Source of the DNA: Mobula hypostoma
Lineage: Eukaryota
DNA length: 64,000 nucleotides
Assembly: GCF_963921235.1 (NCBI RefSeq)
Contig: NC_086097.1
Location: 175,090,001 to 175,154,000, forward strand
Direction: 5' to 3'
A program made the position numbers and the translations under genes. A model generated the notes under the pieces. It was not told the origin of the DNA, searched no databases, and saw only the letters and a program-made list of their open reading frames with translations. How positions within the stretch are numbered: the stretch's first letter is position 1; each line of letters starts with the position of its first letter. Shown here in pieces: positions 1-10,629 of this stretch.

Positions 1-2009
1 CTTAATAACGTACTCTAACATCTTGCCAACCACTGACGTCAAGTGCTCCTTTTTTATTGCGCGAATGCCTTGTTTTTGCACACCTTCTTTCTCTCTCATC
101 ACTGTGTTGTGCAACATTGACTGTACCTACATGCCTGCTAAGCTGTTTTTGCCCCATTTTAAGAAGGCCCTGGTGAGACACAGCAGTGCTTTACTGGCAG
201 TAAACAAATCTACTAACTACTCCAGTAATCACACCTTTTCTAGACAATGATCACTGCAGTTAATAGCCTGTAACTTCCCTTTCAGAGTTGTAGTTTTGAG
301 CTGCCTGTACAAGCTGGCATTTTTTCAGTGTTCTGTGAGATTTGATGAACTGGAGTCTTGTGGGTGCAGTACAGTTGCAGCAGCGTGGCAGATACAGGCT
401 GAATGGAAGTGATGTGCCTGGACCCGAGAGCAAGAAATGAGCTGATGTTTGGCTATTACTGGAGCAGACTTGAAGCTGAATTGAAGTGCCAGGCCTGAGA
501 CCAAGGAATGAGCTTATGTTTGACCTAATTAAGCACAGGGCCAGATTGAAAAGGTCAGGTGTCAGGGCCGGAGGTGTGGGACGGACCAGTGTTCAGCTCA
601 CTACAAAACGAGGTTTACTATCTCTGCAGTAAACTTGAGCTGTGGCCTGCAACTAACGGACTCCCGGACTAGCTGCCCTGATGAACTGGTGGCTGTGAAG
701 TTCACAGTTTCATGAACTTTAGTTCTAAGTGTTATCCGTTTACTTTTTATTGTTTGCACAATTTGTTCTTTTTTTTGCTCACATGGCTGTTTGACGGTCT
801 TTTTTAATAGGTTCTATTGGGCTTCTTTGTTTTTGTCGCTGCTTGTAAGAAGATGAATTTCAAGCTTATATATAGTATACCTACTTTGATAATTAATATA
901 CAGTAAACTTTTCATTGTACCATGCCTCACTATACTTGTGCATATGACAATAAAATTGATTTGACTCAAAAAATAACTGACCTCATCTCTTTTCTAATCC
1001 TAACAAATCTGTGCTCCTTTGTTTTTGACCTTTCCAGGCCCTTCCATAATTTTATACACCTAAGTCTCCTCTCAGCCTCCTCTATTCCAAAGTAAAGAAC
1101 CCGAGTTTATTCAATCTCTACCCATAAATAAGACATTCCAGTCTTGTTAACATCCTTGTAGCTCTCCTCTGCAACCTCTTCCCAACTCATCCTACTTGAG
1201 GCCAGGCCCTCTGTTAATCATGGTCAGCCATGGATGTTGTGCCCAGCTATCTATGTGATCTGCAAACCAGTATGCAAGTCAAGGCAATATGATATGGAGA
1301 GCAAGCTGTTGCCCATGTAGCAGGCTCCTCCCCTTCGTGGCAGCTAATGGATCCAAGGAACAGAAGAGACCAATATAGTTTGGCACCAGCAGCATTGTAG
1401 GAGTTGCCAGTCAGCATTGAACTCAACGTAGTACTGCCTTAGGGACTCCAGCTCTGAATTTTTCCTTGGGGTTTGCTCCTGAAGTCTTCCCAATGAGTGG
1501 GTATAGCCACAAGGCACCCGAGGTTTCAGGTCAGAGTTTTCCTTCTGCTAGATGAGCTGCCAATCACGGCTGTCGAGCCCCATCTGCTCAAAGCGACTAA
1601 TTTGAAGGTGCCAGTAAACTGCCTTTGCCATTTCTGTAAGTAGAAATAGCTCTGTTGGGCTTAGTAGCCACATATGAAGGCCGAGAGCTGGACTTGGTTA
1701 TCAGAGACGCACGCCATCGGGAGCATTTAATAGGTAGAGGGAGCTTACCCCCACTACCACCCACAGCTATAACAACCTAAAGGAACCTAATAATCTATTA
1801 ATTGCTGTTGGTTAATAACAAAACTTGCCAGGAAAAAACATTTTTAAGAGAATATTTTTGACAGATTACAAAAAAGGTGACTTTTAACAACAGTCCAAAA
1901 CTGTATAAACTACACATATCAGAAAATGTATGGCAAGCACAAAATACTGGTGTGTTTTATCACTGGCCTCTGTGCGCTCCGGTAAATCTGTCTACGGAGA
2001 AGTACTTAC

Positions 2010-2097
2010 CACTTTTGCTGGCTCCATTCCTCTCCTGTTTGGAGCTTGGTCTGTTAGAGTCCTGCAGTTGGGTCTGTGTGCTGCTTGAACAACCCAT
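2010..2097 (-). CDS. ERICH5: First coding exon of a divergent gene, probably glutamate-rich protein 5; the rest lies beyond the window start
   Basis: ATG at 2097 reads MGCSSSTQTQLQDSNRPSSKQERNGASKS(G), followed by a canonical G|GTAAGT donor (2004-2009, phase 1). The MGCSSS start matches recalled ERICH5, and ERICH5 lies head-to-head with RPL30 in mammals. Confidence 0.75.
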
Positions 2098-2819
2098 TGA
2101 ATCTGCTCCAAGAACAGACTGTGACAGCAAATAGGCAGATTTTCCAGCCAGAGAAAAAGAATCAGTCCAAAGAATTTGACTTGGCAAACAAAAATATTCA
2201 ATAAAACCTCATAAAGGTGGCGGTGCCTTGCTCTATCGTTACTATACCTGGGGGAAGAAGCAGCAAATGGGAATTGTCCAGCTGCTTGGAGCAAGTTGTT
2301 CAAAAAGACAAGCTGTTTTCTCAACACCCGTACAACTTTATCCCCCATTAACCTCGTCTCCGCTTCAGCAGAGACACAGTGATGTGCACTGTGTTGTGAT
2401 CGGTTGCCATATGAGCAGGATATAATCTGCCTGACTAAAGATGGATTGACTTACATTGTCTTGACTGATAATGAACTGTTAGCATGAAGTGCACACTAGG
2501 AATGGCAGCCCAGTACACTATCAATATTTTACCTAAAATGTTCCCTGTTCCCTTTTGGTTTTAATCTTCATCCAGTGCTCGGCTGAAAAGAAATATTATG
2601 ATAGTGAGGCCAGTACTGTTGGCCATTAGGGCAGAGGATTTTGTAGATGATTTTTCTGAAACAATAACAGGTTCTGAGTGAATTGCTGTACTGAGGGAAC
2701 ATTGCTCAGTCAGATGAGCAATATTAAAAGAGTGCTGCATTGTTGGAGTTGTATCCACTGAGTGTTCCAGTGACAGAGGGTCATACTGTCGGTGCACTGT
2801 ACTGTCGGAGTTGTTCAAT

Positions 2820-3205
2820 CCAGAAAAGTGTGGTAAGGTTCTTAGAAGTGGGGAGGAACGGAGAGATCTTGAGGTCCATGACAGTAGATCCCTCAAAGTT
2901 GCCATGCGGGTTGATAGGATGGTTTAGAAGGCGTATGGTGTGTTGGCCTTCATTAGTCATGGGATTAAATTCAAGAGAAGTGAGGTAATGTTAGATCATA
3001 CTTGGAGTACTATGTTCAGTTCTGGTCGCCTCATTATAGGAAGGATGGGGAACCTTTAAAGAGGGTGCAGAGAAAATCTACCAGGATGCTGCCAGGATTA
3101 GAGAGCATGTCTTATGAGGATAGGTTGAGTGAGCTAGAGCTTTTCTCTTTGGAGCTAAGGAGGATGAGAGTTGACTTGATAGAGGTGTATAAGATGATAA
3201 AAGGC
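2820..3205 (+). mobile_element. CR1-clade LINE fragment (RT C-terminal)
   Basis: LEYYVQFWSPHYRKD...VQRKSTRMLPGL...RMRVDLIEVYK motif. Confidence 0.85.
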
Positions 3206-4139
3206 CTGTACTATTCTACATGTGTTCTATGTACTCAGAGAGTATTCTAATGACAGAGTCATACTGACAGAGTATTGTACTGTTGGAGATGTACCCAGGG
3301 AATGTTGCAGTGAGAGCAACTTCTGATTGAGTACTGTACTGATCTCTAATCTAAGGAGAAGGAACATTCAGGGTCATATTGAGAACTTGGAGGTCATCAA
3401 CCTAGAACACAATGGTGTCTGGCAGATGTGTCATAGACCATCTAACAAACCACCCATCCACCCCTGTCACCCCTGTTCAGAAACTTGATTGCAGAGGGGA
3501 AGAAGCTATTTCTGAATCATTGAGTGTGGGACCTTAGGCTCCTGTACCTCCTCACCAATGACAGTTACAAGAAGCGGGCATGTCCCAGATGGTGAGACCC
3601 ACTGATGATTCCTTGAAAAGTTCAACAAAATATTTTACACCCACTAAAGAAGCAAATCAGGACTATCCAAATGATGTGGGAAGTAAGAAGTCCGTGAGAT
3701 TTTTCTGCACTGAACATATTCTGAAGCAACTATTTTGTCATTAATCTCATTGCTTTTTTTCTGACAGGATACATTATTTATTCACATTAACTTCTGAGCT
3801 TTTTCACTGCCTACCAACAAAGGTTGTCACTTCTAATATCCCAGGCGAGAAACATTGAATGTAGCAAACACCCTGCTTTTCACATTAAGTTGTCAGACCA
3901 ATCAGCTGAGCTCTGAAATTACACATTATGATTGAAATGCTATGACATTAGAGGTTCATAACCATTATCAACGAGTTAACATGGATGGATAATTAATGAC
4001 AAAGCTAATTACTTCTACTGTACTTTGTTAGCAGGGGTATTTAGTCTCTGACTTGTAGAAATGCTTAACAAACTAAATGCTTGCAGCTACATACCATCTT
4101 TCAAGATTTTTAGACACCCCAAGACATCCATATGATACT

Positions 4140-4700
4140 TTTGCCAAGACCCTTCATTAGGCCTTGACGAAGGGTCTTGGCCCGAAATGTCAACTATTTG
4201 TTTCCCTCCATAGATGCTGCCTGATTTACTGAGTTCCTCCAGCATTTTACGTGTGTTGCTCCAGATTTCCAGCATCTGCAGAGTGTCTAATGTCCAAAAC
4301 ATCTATTATCTTGTAATAAGTGTAGATAATTTTATTTAGCAGGAAATCTAATAAACTCCCACAAAGTGATAATGACAAGATTGTGAACACAAGAAATTCT
4401 GCAGATGCCGGAATTCCAGAGTAACACCACAAAGTGCAGCAGATGAGGCAGCATCTATGGAAAGGAATAACCAGTCAACATTTTGGGCTGAGACCCTTCA
4501 TCAGGCCGGAAAAGAAGTAGGAAGAAGCCAGAATAAGAAGTACAAACTAGAAGGTGATAGGTGAAGCCAGGTGGGTGGGGGAAGGGAGATGGTAAGAAGC
4601 TGGGAGGTGATAGGCGGAAAAGGTAAAGGGCTGAAGAAGAAGGGATCTGATAGGAGAGGAGGAAAAAAATCACTGGTGGTGGGAGAAATCAAAGTTCATG
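4140..4700. mobile_element. Penelope-like terminal-repeat fragments in both orientations
   Basis: Recurrent GAAGGGTCT(C/T)GGCCCGAAA...GATGCTGCCTG...GAGTTCCTCCAGCA unit, also seen flanking the GIY-YIG remnant at 22.4-23.4 kb. Confidence 0.7.
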
Positions 4701-4969
4701 CCATCAGGCTGGCCACTTTACCTACCTGTGCTGCCACCTTCAGGGATCCTTGGTTTTGTCTCCATGAGTCCTCTGTTCATGACTATTCCCCAGGGCTCTA
4801 CCATTCATTATATTCGTTCTCGAGACTCAAGAAACAACAGATACTGGAACCTGGAGCAACACACAAACTACTGGAGGAACCCAACAGGTCAAGCAGCATC
4901 TGTGGAGAGAAATGCACAGTTGAAATTTCGGGTTGAAACCCTTCATCAAGAAATATAAAAAATAAATAA

Positions 4970-5370
4970 AGTAGTGAAACAAGAGAGCAAAATAGTGCGA
5001 TGCTGTACATGGGTTTAGTCTGTTCAGAAATCTAATAGTAGAGGGGAAGAGGCTGTTTCTAAAGTATTGAATGGTGTGTCTTCAGGTTCCTGTACCTCTT
5101 TCCTGACGGTATTAATGAAGAGGGGGTATGCCTGGATAGTGAGGATTCTTAGTGATAGATATCACCTTCTTGAGGCATTGCCTTTTGAAGATATCCTCAA
5201 TGGTGAGGAGGCTAGTGCCCATAACAGAGCTAGATGACTCCATAATCCTCTGCAGCTCTTCCCAATCCTGTGTGTTGATGTCTCCATACAAGATAGTGGT
5301 GTAATCAGTCAGAATGCACTCCACGGTATACACAGAAATTTGCTAGAATCTTTGGTGACATAGCAAAATA
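4970..5370 (-). mobile_element. Rex1/Babar-like LINE 3' fragment
   Basis: VECILTDYTTILYG...IFKRQCLKKVISITKNPHYPG motif. Confidence 0.7.
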
Positions 5371-5799
5371 GCATTGTTTTGGTGTCACCTGCAACCTTAC
5401 TACTCATATCTTCTTCACTTCTATCCACATTGGTAACGTATACCTTGTATCATATAATAAACAGCAAGGATCTCAACAAAGATCCCTATGATATACTAGT
5501 GATCATAAATCTCAAAACACAAAAAAAGTCCTCCATAAAACCTATCGTGTATTCTAATCTCCTCTCATCTTCCTTTCCGGAAGAACAACCCCAAACCTCC
5601 GGTCTGCCAGAATAAAATACTCCTCTCTAGAACCATATAAAACCTTATATAGTCACTGTAGAAATTACATTAAATAAACATGAAATTTTACCACTGCATA
5701 CTATGTTGAGCACTAATTAAGGCTTGCAATGCCATTAGAGACTCAAGCTGTGCTACGAGATTTTTGGAGTGTTTTATCGTGAATCCGGTTTAGAAATAT

Positions 5800-6365
5800 T
5801 CCAGATTCATGTCAGTTGAAGATTACAGTGCAGATCCAGTGACAGGGACTTCAGGATTTCTGTATGAAGCTGTAGTGGTTGTCCATTGTATCTGATGATG
5901 ACAGGAAACCTGTGTGGAGTGTTTTTTAAAGTGGAAAAGCCATTGCACAGGGGAAGTTCCACTCTCTCGACCTCAAAAGTCTGGGTCCAGAGGTACAAAC
6001 AAACGTCACAAACAGGGGTCTTCTTTGGCTGCAGGGGATGACCATAACATTTTCTGTGTGTTGTCGTGCCCTCCACTCTCAACGGAGTGTTGCAGTGCTG
6101 CCTTCTCACTGTGGATCTCATCCGCCCAGTCTGCCAGAGCTAACTTTGCATGGTAGGACAGAAATGTCCCTATCTCACCAGGGTGTGAGGCCACTGGCTA
6201 TCCTCACCTGGTTTAGCCTGCCTGTGGAAGGGTGTGGCCCCTGCCCTATGCAAACAGTTACTTGCACTCACAGACGAAAGCTGAGTGTCCAGTGGGGACC
6301 AAAGATGAGTGAGCTGCCCCGGAATGGACACAACAAGCCCCCTCACCAGAGGTGCTACCCCTCCT
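5800..6365 (-). mobile_element. Possible RTE-type retroelement 5' region
   Basis: The minus strand begins GCACCTCTGGTGAGGGGGCTTG, resembling recalled RTE/BovB 5' ends. Confidence 0.35.
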
Positions 6366-6629
6366 TGGACACTCCATACACCCCTGTGATAAACTACATA
6401 TGTACAAAACCCTTATTTTCTCTCAGCTTTAAGGTGTTGTGGCAGTGGTGACACACCTTGGCTGAGTTAATATAAAAAGGAAAAATATAATGGAATGTAG
6501 AATGTAGTGTTATATTTGCAGAGGGCAGTGCAAATAGGAAAGCAGCATGCAGTGGTCTTGAGGAGGTAGATTGTGAGGTCAAGAGTTCATTTTGTTTGTA
6601 CAAGAGGTCTGCTAGTTCACTCTTCATAC

Positions 6630-7290
6630 ACGGACGTCAGAGGTTTTGAGATGAGGGTACTTCAGTCAGTTCCTCTGCTCGAGTACAAAAGGCAGCAGTG
6701 GGTGAGAAAGTGAGAAAGCGCTTTGACCAGCGGCCATTCAACGTTTACAATTGATTAACAAGAGCAAATTAAAGGAAGGCGGGGGCAAGCGCAGTGGCCA
6801 TCGTCTGGGAGGACAGAGTCAGGGTGGTGATCTTGTGGCTTTAGCTCTTTGAGGCTTCTGCAGGATGTGAGAGAGCAGGGAGACTCCCAGTATCCTTGAC
6901 AACTACAACTGTGAGAAGTGAATCCAGCTGCAGCTTCTAACAAACTGCGTTAAGGAGCTGGAGGTGGAACTGGATGAACTCCGGATCATTCCGGAGGCCA
7001 AGGGGGTGGTAGTTAGGACATATAGAGAGGTAGTAACACCCAAGGTGCAGGACACAGGAGACTGGGTGACAGTCAGGAAGGGGAAAGGAGCCAGTGCAGA
7101 GTACCCCTGTGGCCATCCCCTTCAACTACAAGTTTATAACTTTGGGTACTGTCGGGGGTATGACATAAAAGAGGAAAGTCAAGTGGTCGGGTCTCCTGCA
7201 CTAAGTCTGCCTCTGTGATGTAGAAAGAAAGTGGGGAGAACAGACACTGTGATGATAGGAAATTCGTCAGGTAGGGGAATGGACAGGAAC
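6630..7290 (+). mobile_element. CR1-clade LINE 5' region / ORF1 remnant
   Basis: Degenerate YNCEK*IQLQLL..VKELEVELDELRII...YREVVTPKVQ..WVTVRKGK, typical of CR1 ORF1. Confidence 0.7.
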
Positions 7291-7442
7291 TTTCACAGCA
7301 ACAACCTGGCATTCAACATCAGTAAGACAAAAGAGCTGATTGTGGACTTCAGGAAGGGTAAGATGAAGGATCACATACCAATCCTCACAGAGGGATCAGA
7401 AGTGGAGAAAATGAGCTGTTTCAAGTTCCTGGGTGTCAAGAT

Positions 7443-7568
7443 CTGATTCGTGTTGAGGATGAATCCTTCTTTACATTTACAAATAAAAGATCCTGGCCTG
7501 TTAATACAGATCTGCTCATATCCCTGGCTAATCACCCCACAAAGGTAGTCAATAAAAATGTTGATAAA
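7443..7568 (-). pseudogene. Decayed matrilin-type EGF exon (MATN2-like), copy A
   Basis: Reads DYLCGVISQGYEQICINRPGSFICKCKEGFILNTNQ, the matrilin EGF pattern, with Cys2->Tyr. The splice acceptor is deleted and the 3' end is cut by a Rex1-like fragment. Confidence 0.6.
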
Positions 7569-8046
7569 CAATAACTAATAGAATAAATAGCCTGCAGAAG
7601 GCTGTAAATCTGGTCAAGGGGAAAACCAGTAAGGGGAAAGATCAAGGGGTGGGGGAGGGGATAGGCAGGAAAGGTGAAACCAGTTCCCCTTACTGGTTTT
7701 TCACCTGGCACCTACCAACCTTCTCCTTCCCACCCTCCCCCCACCTTCTTTATAGGGCCCCTGCCCCCTCCCTCTTCAGTCCTGACGAAGGGTCTCGGCC
7801 CGAAATGTTGACTGTTCGTTTCCACGGATGCTGCCCGACTTGCTGAGTTCCTCCAGCGTGTTGTGCATGTTGCTATGACCCCAGCATCTGCAGAGTATTT
7901 TGTGTTTACATATACTGTAATTTATCTATTTATTTATTATTTCATTTTTTCTTCTTCTATAGTATGTATTGCATTGAACTGCTGCTGCTAAGTTAACAAA
8001 CTTCACGACACATGCTGGTGATAATAAACCTGATTCTGATTTTCTA

Positions 8047-9425
8047 AATGGAAAGAAAATACAAAAAACCTGAGGTGCAAAGGGACTTGGGAGTCATGCA
8101 GGATTCCCTACAGGTTAATTTGCAGGTTGAATCTGTGGTGAGTAAGGCAAATGCAAAGTTAGCATTCAGTTCAAGAGGACTAGAATATAAAAGCAAGGAT
8201 ATGATGTTGAGACTTTATAGAGCATTGGTGAGGCCTCACTTGGAGTATTGCAGACATCCCACCCTGCAAAAACTCATTTCAGGAAGGTAGCATCCGCGCC
8301 CCCCACAACCCCATATCCTCCCCCCACTGGTCGACTTCCAAGGGTATATGTAATACTTTTGTTTCGTGATTTTATCTAATCTGTAAACCAAGTTGAGTAT
8401 ATGCAGAAAATGCGACATTAAAATATGTACTTATATTATATTATCATGGAGTCGTTTTTTTTATTCTGTTACAACTTTAAGCAAGTCTACAGGGAGTTTA
8501 GCCTCATCACGTAGGACATCAATAGCGTAGCTCCTTAGCAGCCAGCCAGCTAGTTTAAATAACGTTAGCTATGCTAATGAATGAATGACACCTATTAAAC
8601 TCACCTCAACATGTCTTTTACACCTTAACCCACCATGGGCAATAGAAAAGTCACTGTTGCAAACAGTGCAGCGAGCAACACTGTCATTATTTTTGAGGTC
8701 GACTGTAAAGCCCGCCCACAGAGAAAACTGATAGGTCTACTTAGCACGAAGAGAGACCAATCAGGATGCTCGCTCTCGCTCTCAAAAAAATCGATTTCCG
8801 GGATATTGTATATCATTTCCGGACGTCAGGGAGCCGCTATCAATATGCGGGAGACTCCTGGAACTTCCGGGAGAGGTGGGATGTCTGAGTATTGTGAGCA
8901 GTTTTGGGCCCCATATTTTAGAAAGGATGTGCTGAAACTGAAGAGCGTTCAGAGGAGGTTCCAGGATTGAATAGCTTGTCATATGAAGAACTTTGATGGC
9001 TATAGGCCCATATTCACTAGAATTCAGGAGAATAAGGGGTGACCTCATTGAAACCTATCAAATGGTGAAAGGCCTTGATAGAGTGGATGTGGAGAGGATG
9101 TTTCCTAAGGTGGAAGAGTCTAAGACCAGAAGACACAGCCTCAGAACAGAGGGGTGTCCTTTTAGAATGGAGATGACGAAGAATTTCTTTAGCCAGAGCT
9201 TGGTGAATCTGTGGAATTCTTTGCCACAGGCATCTGTGGAGGCCAAGTCTTTGTGTATATTTAAGGCAGAGGTTGATAGATTCTTGATTGGTTCGGGCAT
9301 GAAGGGATATGGGGAGAAGGCAGGAGATTGGGGTTGAGAGGAAAATCGGATTAGCCATGATGAAATGGTGGAGCAGACTCAATGGGCTGAATGGCTTAAT
9401 TCCATTCCTATATATATTGGTCTTA
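8047..9425 (+). mobile_element. CR1-clade LINE 3' fragment, split by a DNA element
   Basis: LYRALVRPHLEYC|EQFWAPY...RGDLIETY...VNLWNSLP; the frame is restored when 8251-8894 is removed. Confidence 0.9.
8251..8887. mobile_element. Non-autonomous DNA transposon (637 bp), 13-bp perfect TIRs, 7-bp TSD
   Basis: CAGACATCCCACC...GGTGGGATGTCTG flanked by AGTATTG (8244-8250 and 8888-8894). Confidence 0.92.
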
Positions 9426-10446
9426 CAGGAGTTTGAAACCTACCGAATATTGAAGGGTCTGGACATGCAGAGGATGTTTACAATAGTGGGAGAGTTTAGG
9501 ATCAAAGGGCATCAGAATACAAGTAAGTTCTTTTAGAATAGAAAAGATTTGCATTAGCCAGAGGGTGGTGAATTTGTGGAATATTTAAAGTGGAGTTTGA
9601 TAGGTTCTTAATTAGTAAGGGCATCAAAGATTATGGGGAGAATGCAGGAGAATAAGACTGAGAATGAAAATGAATCAACCATGATCGAGTGGCGGGGTGA
9701 CTCGATATGAAGACTGGTCTAATTCTGCTCTTATCTGTGATGGGATAGAAGTTGTCCTTGAGCCTGATGGTATAGGATGGAGTCCATGGAGGGGAGGCTT
9801 GTTTTTATGATGGATTGGCCTGTGTCCACAACTCTGCAGCAAGTTCACAATTCTTGGTTTGCAGTACCATCTGGATTGGACTAGGAACGCATACGATTAT
9901 ATAGTTTACAGTTATCTCGTGAATGCTGCTTATGTGATGCTATGTACCTGTGATTCTGCTGCAAATAAGTTTTACATTGTACCTGTGCATACGTGTACCA
10001 ATATGCACTTTGAAGTGTCCTGGCTGTCCTCATATGCAGATCTATTTTAGCAGGCCTGATGAAGGGTATCGGCCCGAAACGTTGACTGTTTACTCTTTTC
10101 CACAGATGATGCTTCCAGCTTTTTGTGTGTGTTGCTTTGCACCCTATTCTTGATAAATTCAGTCAACACATTTTACTTAAAAGTAAAATTAAATGTGCGC
10201 GAGTAGCATTGGTGTACTTTGTAACAAAATTAAACCTTAAAACCAAGGAGCATCAAACTATGAAGAGGAAATATAAATAAAACATTTAAAAGTACGTTGA
10301 GGTTAAAATTTGGGCCTTGACTTGTGGTTACCACGGAGCGCGGCGTAACATATGATTCCTCACTCCTCCCCGCCATTCGCCCATGCGCAAGTCTCTTGCC
10401 AAGTCTCGCGATGGCCGCCGGCTGAAAGGCAAGGGATTGTGGGAGG

Positions 10447-10476
10447 CCTTTCCTTTCTCTCTCCAGCCATATTGGG
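10447..10476 (+). other. RPL30: Probable non-coding first exon of RPL30 (5'TOP)
   Basis: TOP tract followed by a candidate donor GG|GTTAGC at 10477. Candidate acceptor TTCAG| at 10587, with branch-like CTAAT at 10568. Mammalian RPL30 has a short non-coding exon 1. Exact boundaries are inferred. Confidence 0.5.
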
Positions 10477-10608
10477 GTTAGCTCGCCGTTCGGCTTCCTC
10501 CGCCTCGCGGGTCACTCCCTAGCTTCCCGCCGCGCTCCCTCGACTCACACTCGCACTTTACGTTGATCTAATCGCCGGAGGGTTCAGGCGGGAACCGCAG
10601 CGGATACG

Positions 10609-10629
10609 ATGGTGGCGGCAAAGAAGACG
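10609..10629 (+). CDS. RPL30: 60S ribosomal protein L30 (eL30), coding exon 1: MVAAKKT
   Basis: ATG GTG GCG GCA AAG AAG ACG|GTGAGT; matches the vertebrate eL30 N-terminus; phase 0. Confidence 0.97.
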
